Under the pieces are notes generated by a model. That model ran no database searches, was not told the origin of the DNA, and saw only the letters and a program-made list of their open reading frames with translations. Shown here piece by piece: positions 45,313 through 54,705 of a DNA stretch of 64,000 bases (positions are counted from its first letter, which is position 1; the number at the start of each line of letters is the position of its first letter). The stretch is from Alphaproteobacteria bacterium. Its GTDB lineage: Bacteria > Pseudomonadota > Alphaproteobacteria > Rickettsiales > SXRF01. The position numbers were made by a program, and so were the translations under genes. Location: the NCBI GenBank assembly GCA_039808985.1, contig JBDHUC010000004.1:26050-90049 (forward strand), read 5' to 3'.

Positions 45313-47157
45313 ATGTCCGACCTGCGACTCATCACCATACTACCGCCGCAATCAGTAAGCGGGATACAGCCAGCACAGGTTACAGGCAACCCAACACCAC
45401 AAGGCAGCCTTGGAAGTTTCCAGCCCGGCTCTATCTTAAGCGGCTTTATAATAAACCGCGATTCAGGCGGGAATCCTATCTTGCGCACCGATAGCGGCGA
45501 CATAACTTTCGCCAGTAATTTTTTTCTTAAAATCGGCAGCGAAATAACCATCCGCATCGAGCATATTGCAGGCAGCAATTCTGCGCATATACTCACAGTA
45601 AACGGCCAGCCTCCTGAAGTTGCGGTATTACAGTCTGGGTTTGCGCCAGACCCGGAGATTATCGTAAGCGATAGTTTAAAACCATCAATCCAGCAGTCAC
45701 CGCAGCAGTCACAGCCTAATATCAGCGCATCGAATTCAGGGGTGGTGCCCAGCCCATCGCCTGCACAATCTCCAACTATTACCGTAACCGGCACAATAAT
45801 TTCTCAGGCAAACGAGCAAAATATCCAGCAAAACACGCAGCTCCAACCACTACCCGTCGGCTCCCAACTTTCGCTTAAGATTGTAAGCCTGGCGCAACCA
45901 CCATCTGCGCAGGCACAAACCCCGGCTGCTGCAATTACGCAATCACCCGCCACAAAGAATAATCACATAAATAATAATGCAAATAATAATATAAACACCC
46001 AAAACGCAGCAGCCCCATCCCCCTCAACTCAGGCGCCAGCTACAGCGCCAACAGTTACGCAATCGCAAGCTCCTTACGCCGCCTATGTGCGTACCAGTTC
46101 CGCAACACCAATATCCGTTCAAACACCTGAGGTTAGCGCGCCTGTAATTCAGCCGCAAACATTGCAGGCACAGCCGGGCCGGAATCAACTACAGTTACAA
46201 AACCCGGCTCAAATATCAGCAACCGTTATAAGTAATGATCCAAACGGGGAAGCAATAGTGAATTCGCCGTTGGGAATAATCCGCCTGCAATCAGGAACGC
46301 AGCTTCCTATCGGCAGCCATGTCGCTTTCGAAATATCCGAAATAAAAACTCCGGAAATGCTGCAAAACGCCGCAAATATCATGCAGACATTCAATACAGC
46401 CAGGGCCCCTGCCCCGCTTACAGAGCTGGCGCGCAGCCCGGGAGCCCTTGGCAATATCTTCACCCTGCTTTCAGGATTGAATACACAGGATGCGCAGGAT
46501 TTTTTAGCCAGGAGCATCCCAACCATTGGCCAGCCCCAGACTTTTACAAATACAGGTTATAACAGCGAGGCGGCGCAATCACATAATCTTCTTTCTTCGA
46601 TATTTAATTATGCTTCTGCCATAGGCAGCGGCGATTTCCGTAGCTGGCTTGGCAAAAACAACGCTAAATGGCTGGAGGATAATGGCCATGAAGACCTGCT
46701 GAAAAAGGCAGAGGGTGAATTTGCAAGCGTGGCACGCCAGTATACCGATGCTCCGCCACGTAGCTGGCAGTCGCTGTTTTTCCCCATTGCTCTTGGCGGC
46801 GAATTACAACAGGCGCGGCTGTTTGTAAAGCGTGACCGCAAACAGAAAGATACTGGCAATGGCGCAACTAATGAAGAGGACACACGCTTCGTAGTCGAAA
46901 TGGATCTTACGCAGCTTGGCGAAATGCAGATGGACGGCTTTGTGCGCAACAATAATAAATCTATCCAGTTCGACTTAATAATCCGCAGCAATATGGCGCT
47001 CTCGCAGGAAATACAAAAAGACATACTGGATATATATAACAATATCGGTGAGCTTACCGGTTATCATGGGGCCTTAAGCTTCCAGACAGTCAGGGAATTC
47101 CCTGTAAACCCGATGGAAGAAATAATTTCGGCAGACCATGAAGGCATAGTTGCATAA
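45313..47157 (+). CDS. putative flagellar hook-length control protein (FliK-like)
   Basis: 614 aa, Pro/Gln/Ala-rich middle region. The C-terminal segment (RFVVEMDLTQLGEMQMDGFVRNNNKSIQFDLIIRSNMALSQEIQKDILDIYNNIGELTG) has the FliK C-terminal pattern. Flagellar context. Confidence 0.45.
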   Translation: MSDLRLITILPPQSVSGIQPAQVTGNPTPQGSLGSFQPGSILSGFIINRDSGGNPILRTDSGDITFASNFFLKIGSEITIRIEHIAGSNSAHILTVNGQPPEVAVLQSGFAPDPEIIVSDSLKPSIQQSPQQSQPNISASNSGVVPSPSPAQSPTITVTGTIISQANEQNIQQNTQLQPLPVGSQLSLKIVSLAQPPSAQAQTPAAAITQSPATKNNHINNNANNNINTQNAAAPSPSTQAPATAPTVTQSQAPYAAYVRTSSATPISVQTPEVSAPVIQPQTLQAQPGRNQLQLQNPAQISATVISNDPNGEAIVNSPLGIIRLQSGTQLPIGSHVAFEISEIKTPEMLQNAANIMQTFNTARAPAPLTELARSPGALGNIFTLLSGLNTQDAQDFLARSIPTIGQPQTFTNTGYNSEAAQSHNLLSSIFNYASAIGSGDFRSWLGKNNAKWLEDNGHEDLLKKAEGEFASVARQYTDAPPRSWQSLFFPIALGGELQQARLFVKRDRKQKDTGNGATNEEDTRFVVEMDLTQLGEMQMDGFVRNNNKSIQFDLIIRSNMALSQEIQKDILDIYNNIGELTGYHGALSFQTVREFPVNPMEEIISADHEGIVA

Positions 47158-47336
47158 TCACGATATTAAAATTTATGCAGAATAAATTGAGGCATACGAA
47201 AGCCCGATCTTACGCTGCGTAGCGCAGCAAATAACCAAATAATAATTGTAAATTTATTACTTTGAATAACTATAAATAAAATTTACGCCTTCCTGTACCA
47301 ATATTCTTCAAATAAAAATAAATTACTTTGTAGGTT

Positions 47337-47443
47337 CTAGAGCGTTTTCGCTTTAGTTGTGCGTTAGGCATCCGAGGCGAAGTGTACAATAGTACATGAG
47401 ACGAAGGATAACAACACGCACGATTAAATGGAAAATGCTCTAG
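47337..47443. repeat. Family-A palindromic element (about 107 bp, MITE-like), intact copy
   Basis: CTAGAGCGTTTTCGCTTTAGTTGTGCGTTAGGCATCCGAGGCGAAGTGTACAATAGTACATGAGACGAAGGATAACAACACGCACGATTAAATGGAAAATGCTCTAG. A second copy lies at 59331-59497. Confidence 0.85.
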
Positions 47444-47457
47444 GGGCTAGTGGCTGG

Positions 47458-47493
47458 GTCATCCTGTGAGGCGCATAGCGACTGCACAGGATC
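47458..47493. repeat. Family-C hairpin-1, solo copy
   Basis: GTCATCCTGTGAGGCGCATAGCGACTGCACAGGATC. Confidence 0.8.
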
Positions 47494-47625
47494 TCGCCTA
47501 ATAGTACGACAGAGAACTTATAAGATATTATTTGGATATATCTTATTTTACTTGAGATATTTCTTATTTTATGCCATCAATAAATTAATTTTCATTAAGT
47601 TCGTTGCTTATCGTTGAGGATTAAA

Positions 47626-48132
47626 ATGTCAAAAGATATTAATTTTTTTAATACCGGCTCGCCTGCCACCCCAAACACCCCCAAAAACAATATTTCCCAA
47701 ACAGATAAGCAAGCCGCAAAGGATGGCAGAAAACTGAACAAGGCCGCTGATTCCCTGGCATGGCTGAATGATGCTTACAACTCAGCCCGTGGCGAAACAT
47801 CATTATGGGTAGCAGTTATAACCCAGGCAATGATGGATGCGCTTAGCCGCTGTAAAAAAACCGAATCCATATACCAGAAGCACGAGGCAACTCGCTGGCT
47901 TACCAGCAACAGCAAGGATTTTATTAATGTGTGCCTGTGCGCAGGCATGGACCCGGATTATGTGCGCCGCAAGGCAAAGAATATACTTTCTTCGCCAAGG
48001 CCATGGAGAGCACAGGCCGGTCAGGGCAAGCGTTATGAAGAGCGCAGGCAATACCGGGAAAACCGCAGGCTGAAAGCCAAAAAACTGCAAATCAAAAATA
48101 ATACAGCAGCAATCATAATTTCCTTAACTTAA
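47626..48132 (+). CDS. hypothetical basic protein upstream of the T4SS operon
   Basis: ATG at 47626 with GAGGA 5 nt upstream. Strongly Arg/Lys-rich C-terminal part. No recognised domain. Confidence 0.55.
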   Translation: MSKDINFFNTGSPATPNTPKNNISQTDKQAAKDGRKLNKAADSLAWLNDAYNSARGETSLWVAVITQAMMDALSRCKKTESIYQKHEATRWLTSNSKDFINVCLCAGMDPDYVRRKAKNILSSPRPWRAQAGQGKRYEERRQYRENRRLKAKKLQIKNNTAAIIISLT

Positions 48133-48148
48133 GGCCATATAGATCATT

Positions 48149-48781
48149 ATGAAAAAAAACACTAAAAACCCCAAAATACTATACTTGTTTGAGAAAGGAA
48201 TTTCCCAGGGAAGGCAAGGCGAAGTGTACAAAATAGTACATGAGCCGAAGCCTGACATAGGGAAAAACTTAAATCAAACGAGTATAAAATTCACAAGCAA
48301 ACGTGGGCGCCCCAGAATCAACCGTCCGCAAATTGACACCGGAACTCCGGAAACTGTTATGAAACGCCTTCTGGGCCTCACAGCCGAAGCGCTGGATTTA
48401 TGCCTGCAGCATGAAATAATAACCGAAAAGCAGCATTGGTGCGGCATGCATCTACGCTGGCTCTACACTTTACGCCATGGTATCCCAGGCGTCAGGGCAA
48501 ATGACCTGTCCCACATCAGCGTCCGTGATGAAAAATCAGCAGAATATGACGACCCACAATGGCGCGCATTGCGCGAAAGTGAGTATAACCATGCCATAAA
48601 CGCCCTGACCCATAGTGGGCACGCTATTTTAATTATGAATTTATGCATTTATAACGAACTTCCCAAATCATTCAGTTTTTTTACAAAAAACAACAAAAAA
48701 CCTCCATGCCAAACAGCCATTTCTATAAGAAATGGGCTTGATACTCTGGAAACACTATGGAAAAGCAGAAAAAAATCCTAA
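48149..48781 (+). CDS. hypothetical protein with an AT-hook-like motif and an in-frame family-F element
   Basis: KRGRPR (AT-hook core RGRP) at about residue 51. Residues about 11-47 are encoded by the repeat at 48178-48288. Confidence 0.5.
   Translation: MKKNTKNPKILYLFEKGISQGRQGEVYKIVHEPKPDIGKNLNQTSIKFTSKRGRPRINRPQIDTGTPETVMKRLLGLTAEALDLCLQHEIITEKQHWCGMHLRWLYTLRHGIPGVRANDLSHISVRDEKSAEYDDPQWRALRESEYNHAINALTHSGHAILIMNLCIYNELPKSFSFFTKNNKKPPCQTAISIRNGLDTLETLWKSRKKS
48178..48288. repeat. Family-F palindromic element (111 bp) inside ORF 48149-48781
   Basis: ACTATACTTGTTTGAGAAAGGAATTTCCCAGGGAAGGCAAGGCGAAGTGTAC...GTACATGAGCCGAAGCCTGACATAGGGAAAAACTTAAATCAAACGAGTATA. Shorter copy at 63623-63706. Confidence 0.75.
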
Positions 48782-48917
48782 CAAATGGTTAATAACAAAA
48801 AATTAAACTGACATAATTCTGACACAATTCTATGGTAAGCTGCTTTTATAAACTCGCTTATTCATTGTTTATTAAGCAAACACTTGTAGAACTATATAAT
48901 AGCTTAGGAGATTGTAT

Positions 48918-49220
48918 ATGTCAGGTTCAGGTCGCCTCCAATCAGACCCGTTATTTCAAGGACTTACCCGCCCAACCATGATTATGGGCGTCAGTTTCTA
49001 CTACTTCGTTTTAAATGCAGCCGCAAGCCTTGTGCTCTTCATTAACACCCAGAATTTTATATTCCTTCTGATTGTTGCCCCTGCCGTGCATCTGGCTGGC
49101 TATTATATCTGCCTAAAGGAGCCTCGCGCAGTGGAAATGCTTATCCTTAAAATGAGCAAGGGCTTTAAATGTGTAAACAAAAATTACCACGGCCAGAGAA
49201 ACTCTTACGATCCTTATTAA
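48918..49220 (+). CDS. virB3: type IV secretion system protein VirB3
   Basis: DPLFQGLTRPTMIMGV motif and two TM helices. AGGAG 7 nt upstream of the ATG at 48918. Confidence 0.88.
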   Translation: MSGSGRLQSDPLFQGLTRPTMIMGVSFYYFVLNAAASLVLFINTQNFIFLLIVAPAVHLAGYYICLKEPRAVEMLILKMSKGFKCVNKNYHGQRNSYDPY

Positions 49221-49255
49221 CCATACTGTATTTATTAAAAATTTAGATATAGAGC

Positions 49256-51679
49256 ATGCAACTTAAAATTTTACGCCGCCAGACTGAGAAAGCTTCGCGT
49301 TCTGCGTTTGAAGTTTCAGAATCAGAGTTCCTTCCCTATGAAAATCATTGGGACAGAGCCACCATTTTCACCAAGAAAAAAGAATTCATCCAGATAATAA
49401 AGGTTGAAGGTTTCTCTTTTGAAACGGCCGATGATGAAGACATCGACATGAAAAAGATGGTACGCAACTCTTTGTTTAAAAGTATGGCCGATGGTTCCTG
49501 TTCGGTATGGTTCCATACCATCCGCCTGCGCCAGAGCGCCTATCCGGGTGGCAAGCAGCCTCCAGGCTTCGCCTCGGTTTTAGACAAGCAATGGCATGCA
49601 AAGCACCACACCAAAGACTCCTATGTGAACGAACTATATATAAGCGTAGTACGCCGCGTTGGCATGAAAAAAATTCCAAAGCTTGGGCGCGTTCTCCGAA
49701 AAGATATAGAATCTGCTAAATATTCTGAGATACGCTCAATGCGCGAATCGCAAAAAGAGCTAACCGAAGCTGTTGCGCGTATTATATCAACAATGAAGGA
49801 TTATGGCGCGCGCCTCCTGACCACCTATGAAAATGAGTACGGCACATTCTCCGAACCGATGGAGTTCTTAAGCAAGCTAATCAATGGCGGTACCAGCACG
49901 CCCATGCGCTGCGCCCCAACCAACCTGTCGCACTACCTGCCAACCAACCGCCTTTATTTCGGCAACAGCGTAATAGAAATTTCCGGTGGCCCCCGCAAGC
50001 GTTACGCAGCAATCGTCGCCATCCGCGAATACGGCCCGGCAACAGCAGCAGGCTTCATGGACGGCTTCTTGCAGCTCCCATTCGAATTCGTTATTTCCCA
50101 ATCCTACCAGTTTGCCGACCGCAGCGCAAAGATCGGCGCTATGCAACGCAGACAGAACCGAATGATTAACGCGCAGGATAAAGCTATCTCACAGATTGCT
50201 GAAATCAGCGACGCGCTTGACATGGCAACATCAGGCCACGTTGCCTTCGGTAAGCACCAGCTCAGCATCATGTGCTTCGAGGAAGATTTGCGCGCCCTGG
50301 AAAACGTCGCCTCTATGGCAATCGCAGAGCTTGTAAACGTAGGTATCAACCCGGTCCGTGAAAAAATTATCATGGAACAGACTTTCTGGGCACAGCTTCC
50401 TGGCAACTTCGAATATATCGCCCGCGGCTCCGATATTACGACCATGAACCTTGCAAGCTTTGCATCAATGCACAACTACCCTACCGGTAAAATTGACGGC
50501 AACCACTGGGGCAACGCAGTAACCGTATTCGAAACCACCTCAGGCACGCCTTATTTTTTCAATTTCCATTCCCGTGACGTAGGCCATTCAACAGTTATCG
50601 GGCCAACAGGTTCCGGTAAAACCGTGCTGCTTAACTTCCTTTGCGCCCAGGCACAGAAGTTCAACTGCCGTATCTTTTTCTTCGATAAGGATCGCGGCGC
50701 TGAAATCTTTATGCGCGCCATAGGCGGGAAATATAGTATTATTGAGCCAAGTGAAAATTGCGGCTTCAATCCCCTCCAGCTTCCCGATACGCCGGAAAAC
50801 CGTTCCTTCATAATAGAATGGCTGCGTACGCTTGTTACTATAAATGACGAACCGTTCACCGCTGCCGATATGGACAGGATAGAAGGCGCAGTTACCGGTA
50901 ATTACAAGCTCGCAAAGAAAGACCGTATACTTCGTAACATTGCGCCTTTCTTCGGCATGGAAGGGCCAGGCACACTCGCGGGCCGCCTGAAAATGTGGCA
51001 TTCCGACACCTCCTATAGCGGATTGTTCGATAACGAGCATGACATAATAGATTTTTCAATGGGTAGCGCTTTCGGCTTCGAAATGGGCGAAGTTCTGCGC
51101 GACAGGTCTTCTCTTGGGCCGGTCCTGCTTTATCTTTTTCACCGCATAAACCTGTCGCTTGATGGCACGCCAACGATTATCGTGCTCGATGAAGCATGGG
51201 CGCTCATTGACAACAAAATATTCGCTGAACGCATCAAGGACTGGCTGAAAACACTGCGTAAACTTAACGGAATGGTTATTTTTGCCACCCAAAGCGTGGA
51301 AGACGCTTCTAACAGCTCGATCAGCGCCACCCTTATCCAGCAGACAGCCACCCAGATATTCCTGCCTAACTCTAAGGCAACCGAGGCTTACCGCACCGCT
51401 TTCATGGTTACTGAGCGTGAGTTCAATCTGTTGCAAACCACAGATCCGGCAAGCCGTTTCTTCCTTGTAAAACAGGGCAAAGACGTTGTGGTTGCGCGTA
51501 TCGACCTGTCTGGTATGGAAGAAATTGTAAATATACTCTCAGCCCGCGCTGAAACTATTTCTATTGTTGATGAGGTTCGTGCGAGATATGGAGATTCTCC
51601 GGAAGCGTGGATACCGCATTTCCAGGAACGTGTTAAAGCAGATAAAGAGAAAATAGCTAATAAAGATGCAAAAAAATAA
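49256..51679 (+). CDS. virB4: type IV secretion system ATPase VirB4
   Basis: 807 aa. CagE/TrbE/VirB4 family with Walker A GPTGSGKT and Walker B IIVLDEAW. Confidence 0.95.
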   Translation: MQLKILRRQTEKASRSAFEVSESEFLPYENHWDRATIFTKKKEFIQIIKVEGFSFETADDEDIDMKKMVRNSLFKSMADGSCSVWFHTIRLRQSAYPGGKQPPGFASVLDKQWHAKHHTKDSYVNELYISVVRRVGMKKIPKLGRVLRKDIESAKYSEIRSMRESQKELTEAVARIISTMKDYGARLLTTYENEYGTFSEPMEFLSKLINGGTSTPMRCAPTNLSHYLPTNRLYFGNSVIEISGGPRKRYAAIVAIREYGPATAAGFMDGFLQLPFEFVISQSYQFADRSAKIGAMQRRQNRMINAQDKAISQIAEISDALDMATSGHVAFGKHQLSIMCFEEDLRALENVASMAIAELVNVGINPVREKIIMEQTFWAQLPGNFEYIARGSDITTMNLASFASMHNYPTGKIDGNHWGNAVTVFETTSGTPYFFNFHSRDVGHSTVIGPTGSGKTVLLNFLCAQAQKFNCRIFFFDKDRGAEIFMRAIGGKYSIIEPSENCGFNPLQLPDTPENRSFIIEWLRTLVTINDEPFTAADMDRIEGAVTGNYKLAKKDRILRNIAPFFGMEGPGTLAGRLKMWHSDTSYSGLFDNEHDIIDFSMGSAFGFEMGEVLRDRSSLGPVLLYLFHRINLSLDGTPTIIVLDEAWALIDNKIFAERIKDWLKTLRKLNGMVIFATQSVEDASNSSISATLIQQTATQIFLPNSKATEAYRTAFMVTEREFNLLQTTDPASRFFLVKQGKDVVVARIDLSGMEEIVNILSARAETISIVDEVRARYGDSPEAWIPHFQERVKADKEKIANKDAKK

Positions 51680-53282
51680 AAATATTATTATATGTTTTTT
51701 TATGCTTCTGGTAGTTGCAGGCATTATCCTGCCGCCTATTTCTGCACTGGCTTATGATGTATCAACTGCCCCTCCCCAGACGTTCACAACAGACCCTGCC
51801 CCGCTGATAACGGCAGGAACAACAAGAGTTTGCGCCAGCGGTGATCCGTTAAATCCTTCAAAAGGCCTTACTTCACGCCTGATACCCTGCATCAAGGATG
51901 CCGTTATTTATGGGACCACCAGCCTGATAAAAGCCTCTTTCCAGTTTTTCAGTGACGCACTAATACCCGTATTTGTTATAGCTTTTGCATTATGGGGAAT
52001 AATGGTAATGACCGGCCATTCCCAGAATATCACCCGCGATGGTGTGATACTTGGGATAAAGGTAGGTGCCATTTTATTATTTATAAATAATTTCGGTGGC
52101 TATTACCCTAAATTATTAGACAGCATCGAGGGGCTTTTAAACATCCTGGCAAAGCCAGCCATACCTCTGTTAAACGCAAATGGCGGGTGGAACCAAATGA
52201 GTGGCTTCACCTGTGAATTCGGCACTTTCCAGAATAGCGAAAGGGATATAATGGAAGTATGGAATATACTGGATTGCTATATTGATATGATTGTTGGCGG
52301 AATTTTCTCAACCAATACTATGGCCACAGGAATCCTTGGTTTCATTGCCGCTGCCTTATTTTCCACTACCGTTGGAATGTTCATTGCCACAGCAGGGGTA
52401 TATATGCTTGCAAATGGCCTTATGACAATTGGCAAGATGGTATATATTTTTGTTACCGCTTATATAGCTTTTTCCTTCATGATAGCTATTTCCTGTATAT
52501 TCATACCGTGCATATTATTCACGCATACCAAGGAATATTTTGATAGCTGGCTGCGACTGACCATTAGCTTCATGCTCCAGCCATTATTTGTGTTTGGCTA
52601 TTTAATAATGTTCATTGTAGCTATTAATGTAACTATATTTTCAGGCCCATACTCCCTCTATTATGCTATTGTAGGGGAAGCAACCGTAACTACTGATCCA
52701 AGCAAACCTATTGTCAACGGGGAACCATTCTATATTGGAACCTGGCTTAATAATAATGGGGCATTTAAGGAGCAGCTAAAAAACAAAGACCAAATTCGTG
52801 AAAGTGGTGACAAAACAGCTTTAAATGAGGCCACCCCGGTAACAACAGGGCAGACTGACAAACAGGGCTTTAACCCACTCACCTATACGGACATCTCCGA
52901 TTTTATGACTTTCAATCCTAATGATTTAACCAAGCCATTATCCTTTTTCCAGGCCGGAATACCGATGACTACAGTAGATTGGGAAGATCTGTCGCATAAG
53001 GCAAGGGCATCAGAGTGGGCTACAACTAAAGGCATTATTGACGCCGTAACAAACGATGAAGTCCTAAAAAAGGATCTGACTGACCAATTCACCAGGGACT
53101 ACCAGGTAAGCCTATTCATAACATTCCTTATGGCTGCAATCACAATGTATATATTTTATTCACTACTCGATTACATGCCATTTATAGGAACAGGCACCTT
53201 AGGGGATACGGGCATATCCCCAACACTCGGGGTTGGTAATCTTGCTGCTCCGGGCAGCGGATTTTTTGGCGGCGGACGATGA
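51666..53282 (+). CDS. virB6: VirB6/TrbL-family T4SS inner-membrane protein, paralog 1
   Basis: Signal peptide, multiple TM helices, Gly-rich tail. Overlaps the virB4 end by 14 nt. Confidence 0.75.
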   Translation: MQKNKNIIICFFMLLVVAGIILPPISALAYDVSTAPPQTFTTDPAPLITAGTTRVCASGDPLNPSKGLTSRLIPCIKDAVIYGTTSLIKASFQFFSDALIPVFVIAFALWGIMVMTGHSQNITRDGVILGIKVGAILLFINNFGGYYPKLLDSIEGLLNILAKPAIPLLNANGGWNQMSGFTCEFGTFQNSERDIMEVWNILDCYIDMIVGGIFSTNTMATGILGFIAAALFSTTVGMFIATAGVYMLANGLMTIGKMVYIFVTAYIAFSFMIAISCIFIPCILFTHTKEYFDSWLRLTISFMLQPLFVFGYLIMFIVAINVTIFSGPYSLYYAIVGEATVTTDPSKPIVNGEPFYIGTWLNNNGAFKEQLKNKDQIRESGDKTALNEATPVTTGQTDKQGFNPLTYTDISDFMTFNPNDLTKPLSFFQAGIPMTTVDWEDLSHKARASEWATTKGIIDAVTNDEVLKKDLTDQFTRDYQVSLFITFLMAAITMYIFYSLLDYMPFIGTGTLGDTGISPTLGVGNLAAPGSGFFGGGR

Positions 53283-54667
53283 CATTATTACGCAATATAA
53301 CGCTGATATTATTAATGGCCGGGATTATACTGTTCCAGCCACATACCGCATTAGCAGAAAGTGTGGAATTAACGCCTAACACTGATATATTGTTCGATAG
53401 CACCAATAAAATCATTGATACTTATTATTGCAAATCTGTACCTGGGCAGTTCACCCAGTCAATCATTAATTGCATAGAAAAACCGATCCGCAAGGCAGTG
53501 CTGGATCCAGACCCGAAAAAAGGGTTATTGGCAGGTGTTTCCAAGTATATGATGGATTTTCTCTATGCGGCAACAGTACTTACATTGGCTATTTTTGGAA
53601 TAAGGCTGATGACAGGGCAGAGGAATGCCCTAAACAACGGGTTTGGCATTTTGGTCAGGATTGGTATAGCTTTTATGCTTACTACAATCCTGTATGGGTT
53701 TGGCGATAAGTTTTTTGGTATTTTCTATGAGGTTTCCACACTTACAAATATAGGCGGCACAACAGGTCCGCTTATGGCCAGCACCAATACAATAACCCCA
53801 TGGATGCAGATTGATGAATTCCTGGGAAAACTCCTGGGCTTTGCAAGCAATGAACCAAATGCGATAAGAAAAGGCATAGCCGCTTTGCTTAGTGGCTCTC
53901 TGCTTTCCAAAAATCTTGGCGTCATGATAACTATTGTAGGGACAATCTGCGTTGTAGTGATATTGCTGTTTATTTTCCAGGCCGTATACCTATACCTGAT
54001 TTCTCTGGTAGTGTTTGGGATGATGGTAGTTATTTCGCCAATAATTTTCGCTCTATATATTTTCCAATACCGCTGGACAGACCGTTTTATGACCAAATGG
54101 TTCGATATAGTTATTTCATCAATGCTTATACCTTTGCTGATGTTTGCTTTCCTCAGCCTTTTTCTGGATACCCCTGTGCAGATGGGGCCGCCTAATCCGG
54201 GTATATTCAGCAAGCTTGTCGATAAAGTTTTTATCAGCCTGGGCGGAAATGATTACGCTGACAGGTGCCTGCGCACCGATGTACCATTCATGAGTTCATG
54301 GCTGCTGCCAACCAATAACAGCATGGCGGATGTACTGGCTTGCCCTCCTCCGCTGGCGCCTGGTTGTGAACGGGAAAACGTAGATTCCAGCTCCATGCAA
54401 ACCTTTGTAAACCCATATTTGAACAGGGGCCTTAATTATGCTCCGCTTAATGTACCGCTTATTGATTGCGGACTGGGCGATGAAAAAATGAAGCTTGAGG
54501 TAGTCTACGCATTGCTCGATTTACTGTTTAATGCGTTACTTATTAATATAATGCTGAAAATAATCCCGGAAATAGCGCAGGATCTGGCAAATGGTGTTAC
54601 TACAGGAGCCGCTGATATTAGTTCGCCAATTAACAGCGCGGTGCGTTCGATGATTAGTAGCAGGTAG
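53279..54667 (+). CDS. virB6: VirB6/TrbL-family T4SS inner-membrane protein, paralog 2
   Basis: Signal peptide plus a polytopic TrbL-like core. ATGA overlap with paralog 1. Confidence 0.72.
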   Translation: MTLLRNITLILLMAGIILFQPHTALAESVELTPNTDILFDSTNKIIDTYYCKSVPGQFTQSIINCIEKPIRKAVLDPDPKKGLLAGVSKYMMDFLYAATVLTLAIFGIRLMTGQRNALNNGFGILVRIGIAFMLTTILYGFGDKFFGIFYEVSTLTNIGGTTGPLMASTNTITPWMQIDEFLGKLLGFASNEPNAIRKGIAALLSGSLLSKNLGVMITIVGTICVVVILLFIFQAVYLYLISLVVFGMMVVISPIIFALYIFQYRWTDRFMTKWFDIVISSMLIPLLMFAFLSLFLDTPVQMGPPNPGIFSKLVDKVFISLGGNDYADRCLRTDVPFMSSWLLPTNNSMADVLACPPPLAPGCERENVDSSSMQTFVNPYLNRGLNYAPLNVPLIDCGLGDEKMKLEVVYALLDLLFNALLINIMLKIIPEIAQDLANGVTTGAADISSPINSAVRSMISSR

Positions 54668-54705
54668 GAATATATAACCACTACAAATTAACTATGGTAT
54701 AATTT

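Noticed and set aside
45306-45794. Minus-strand ORF 45306-45794 and other ORFs overlapping the FliK-like gene
   Set aside because: They are embedded antisense in a longer ORF that has flagellar context and a FliK-like C-terminus, and their Cys/Gly-rich translations have no support.
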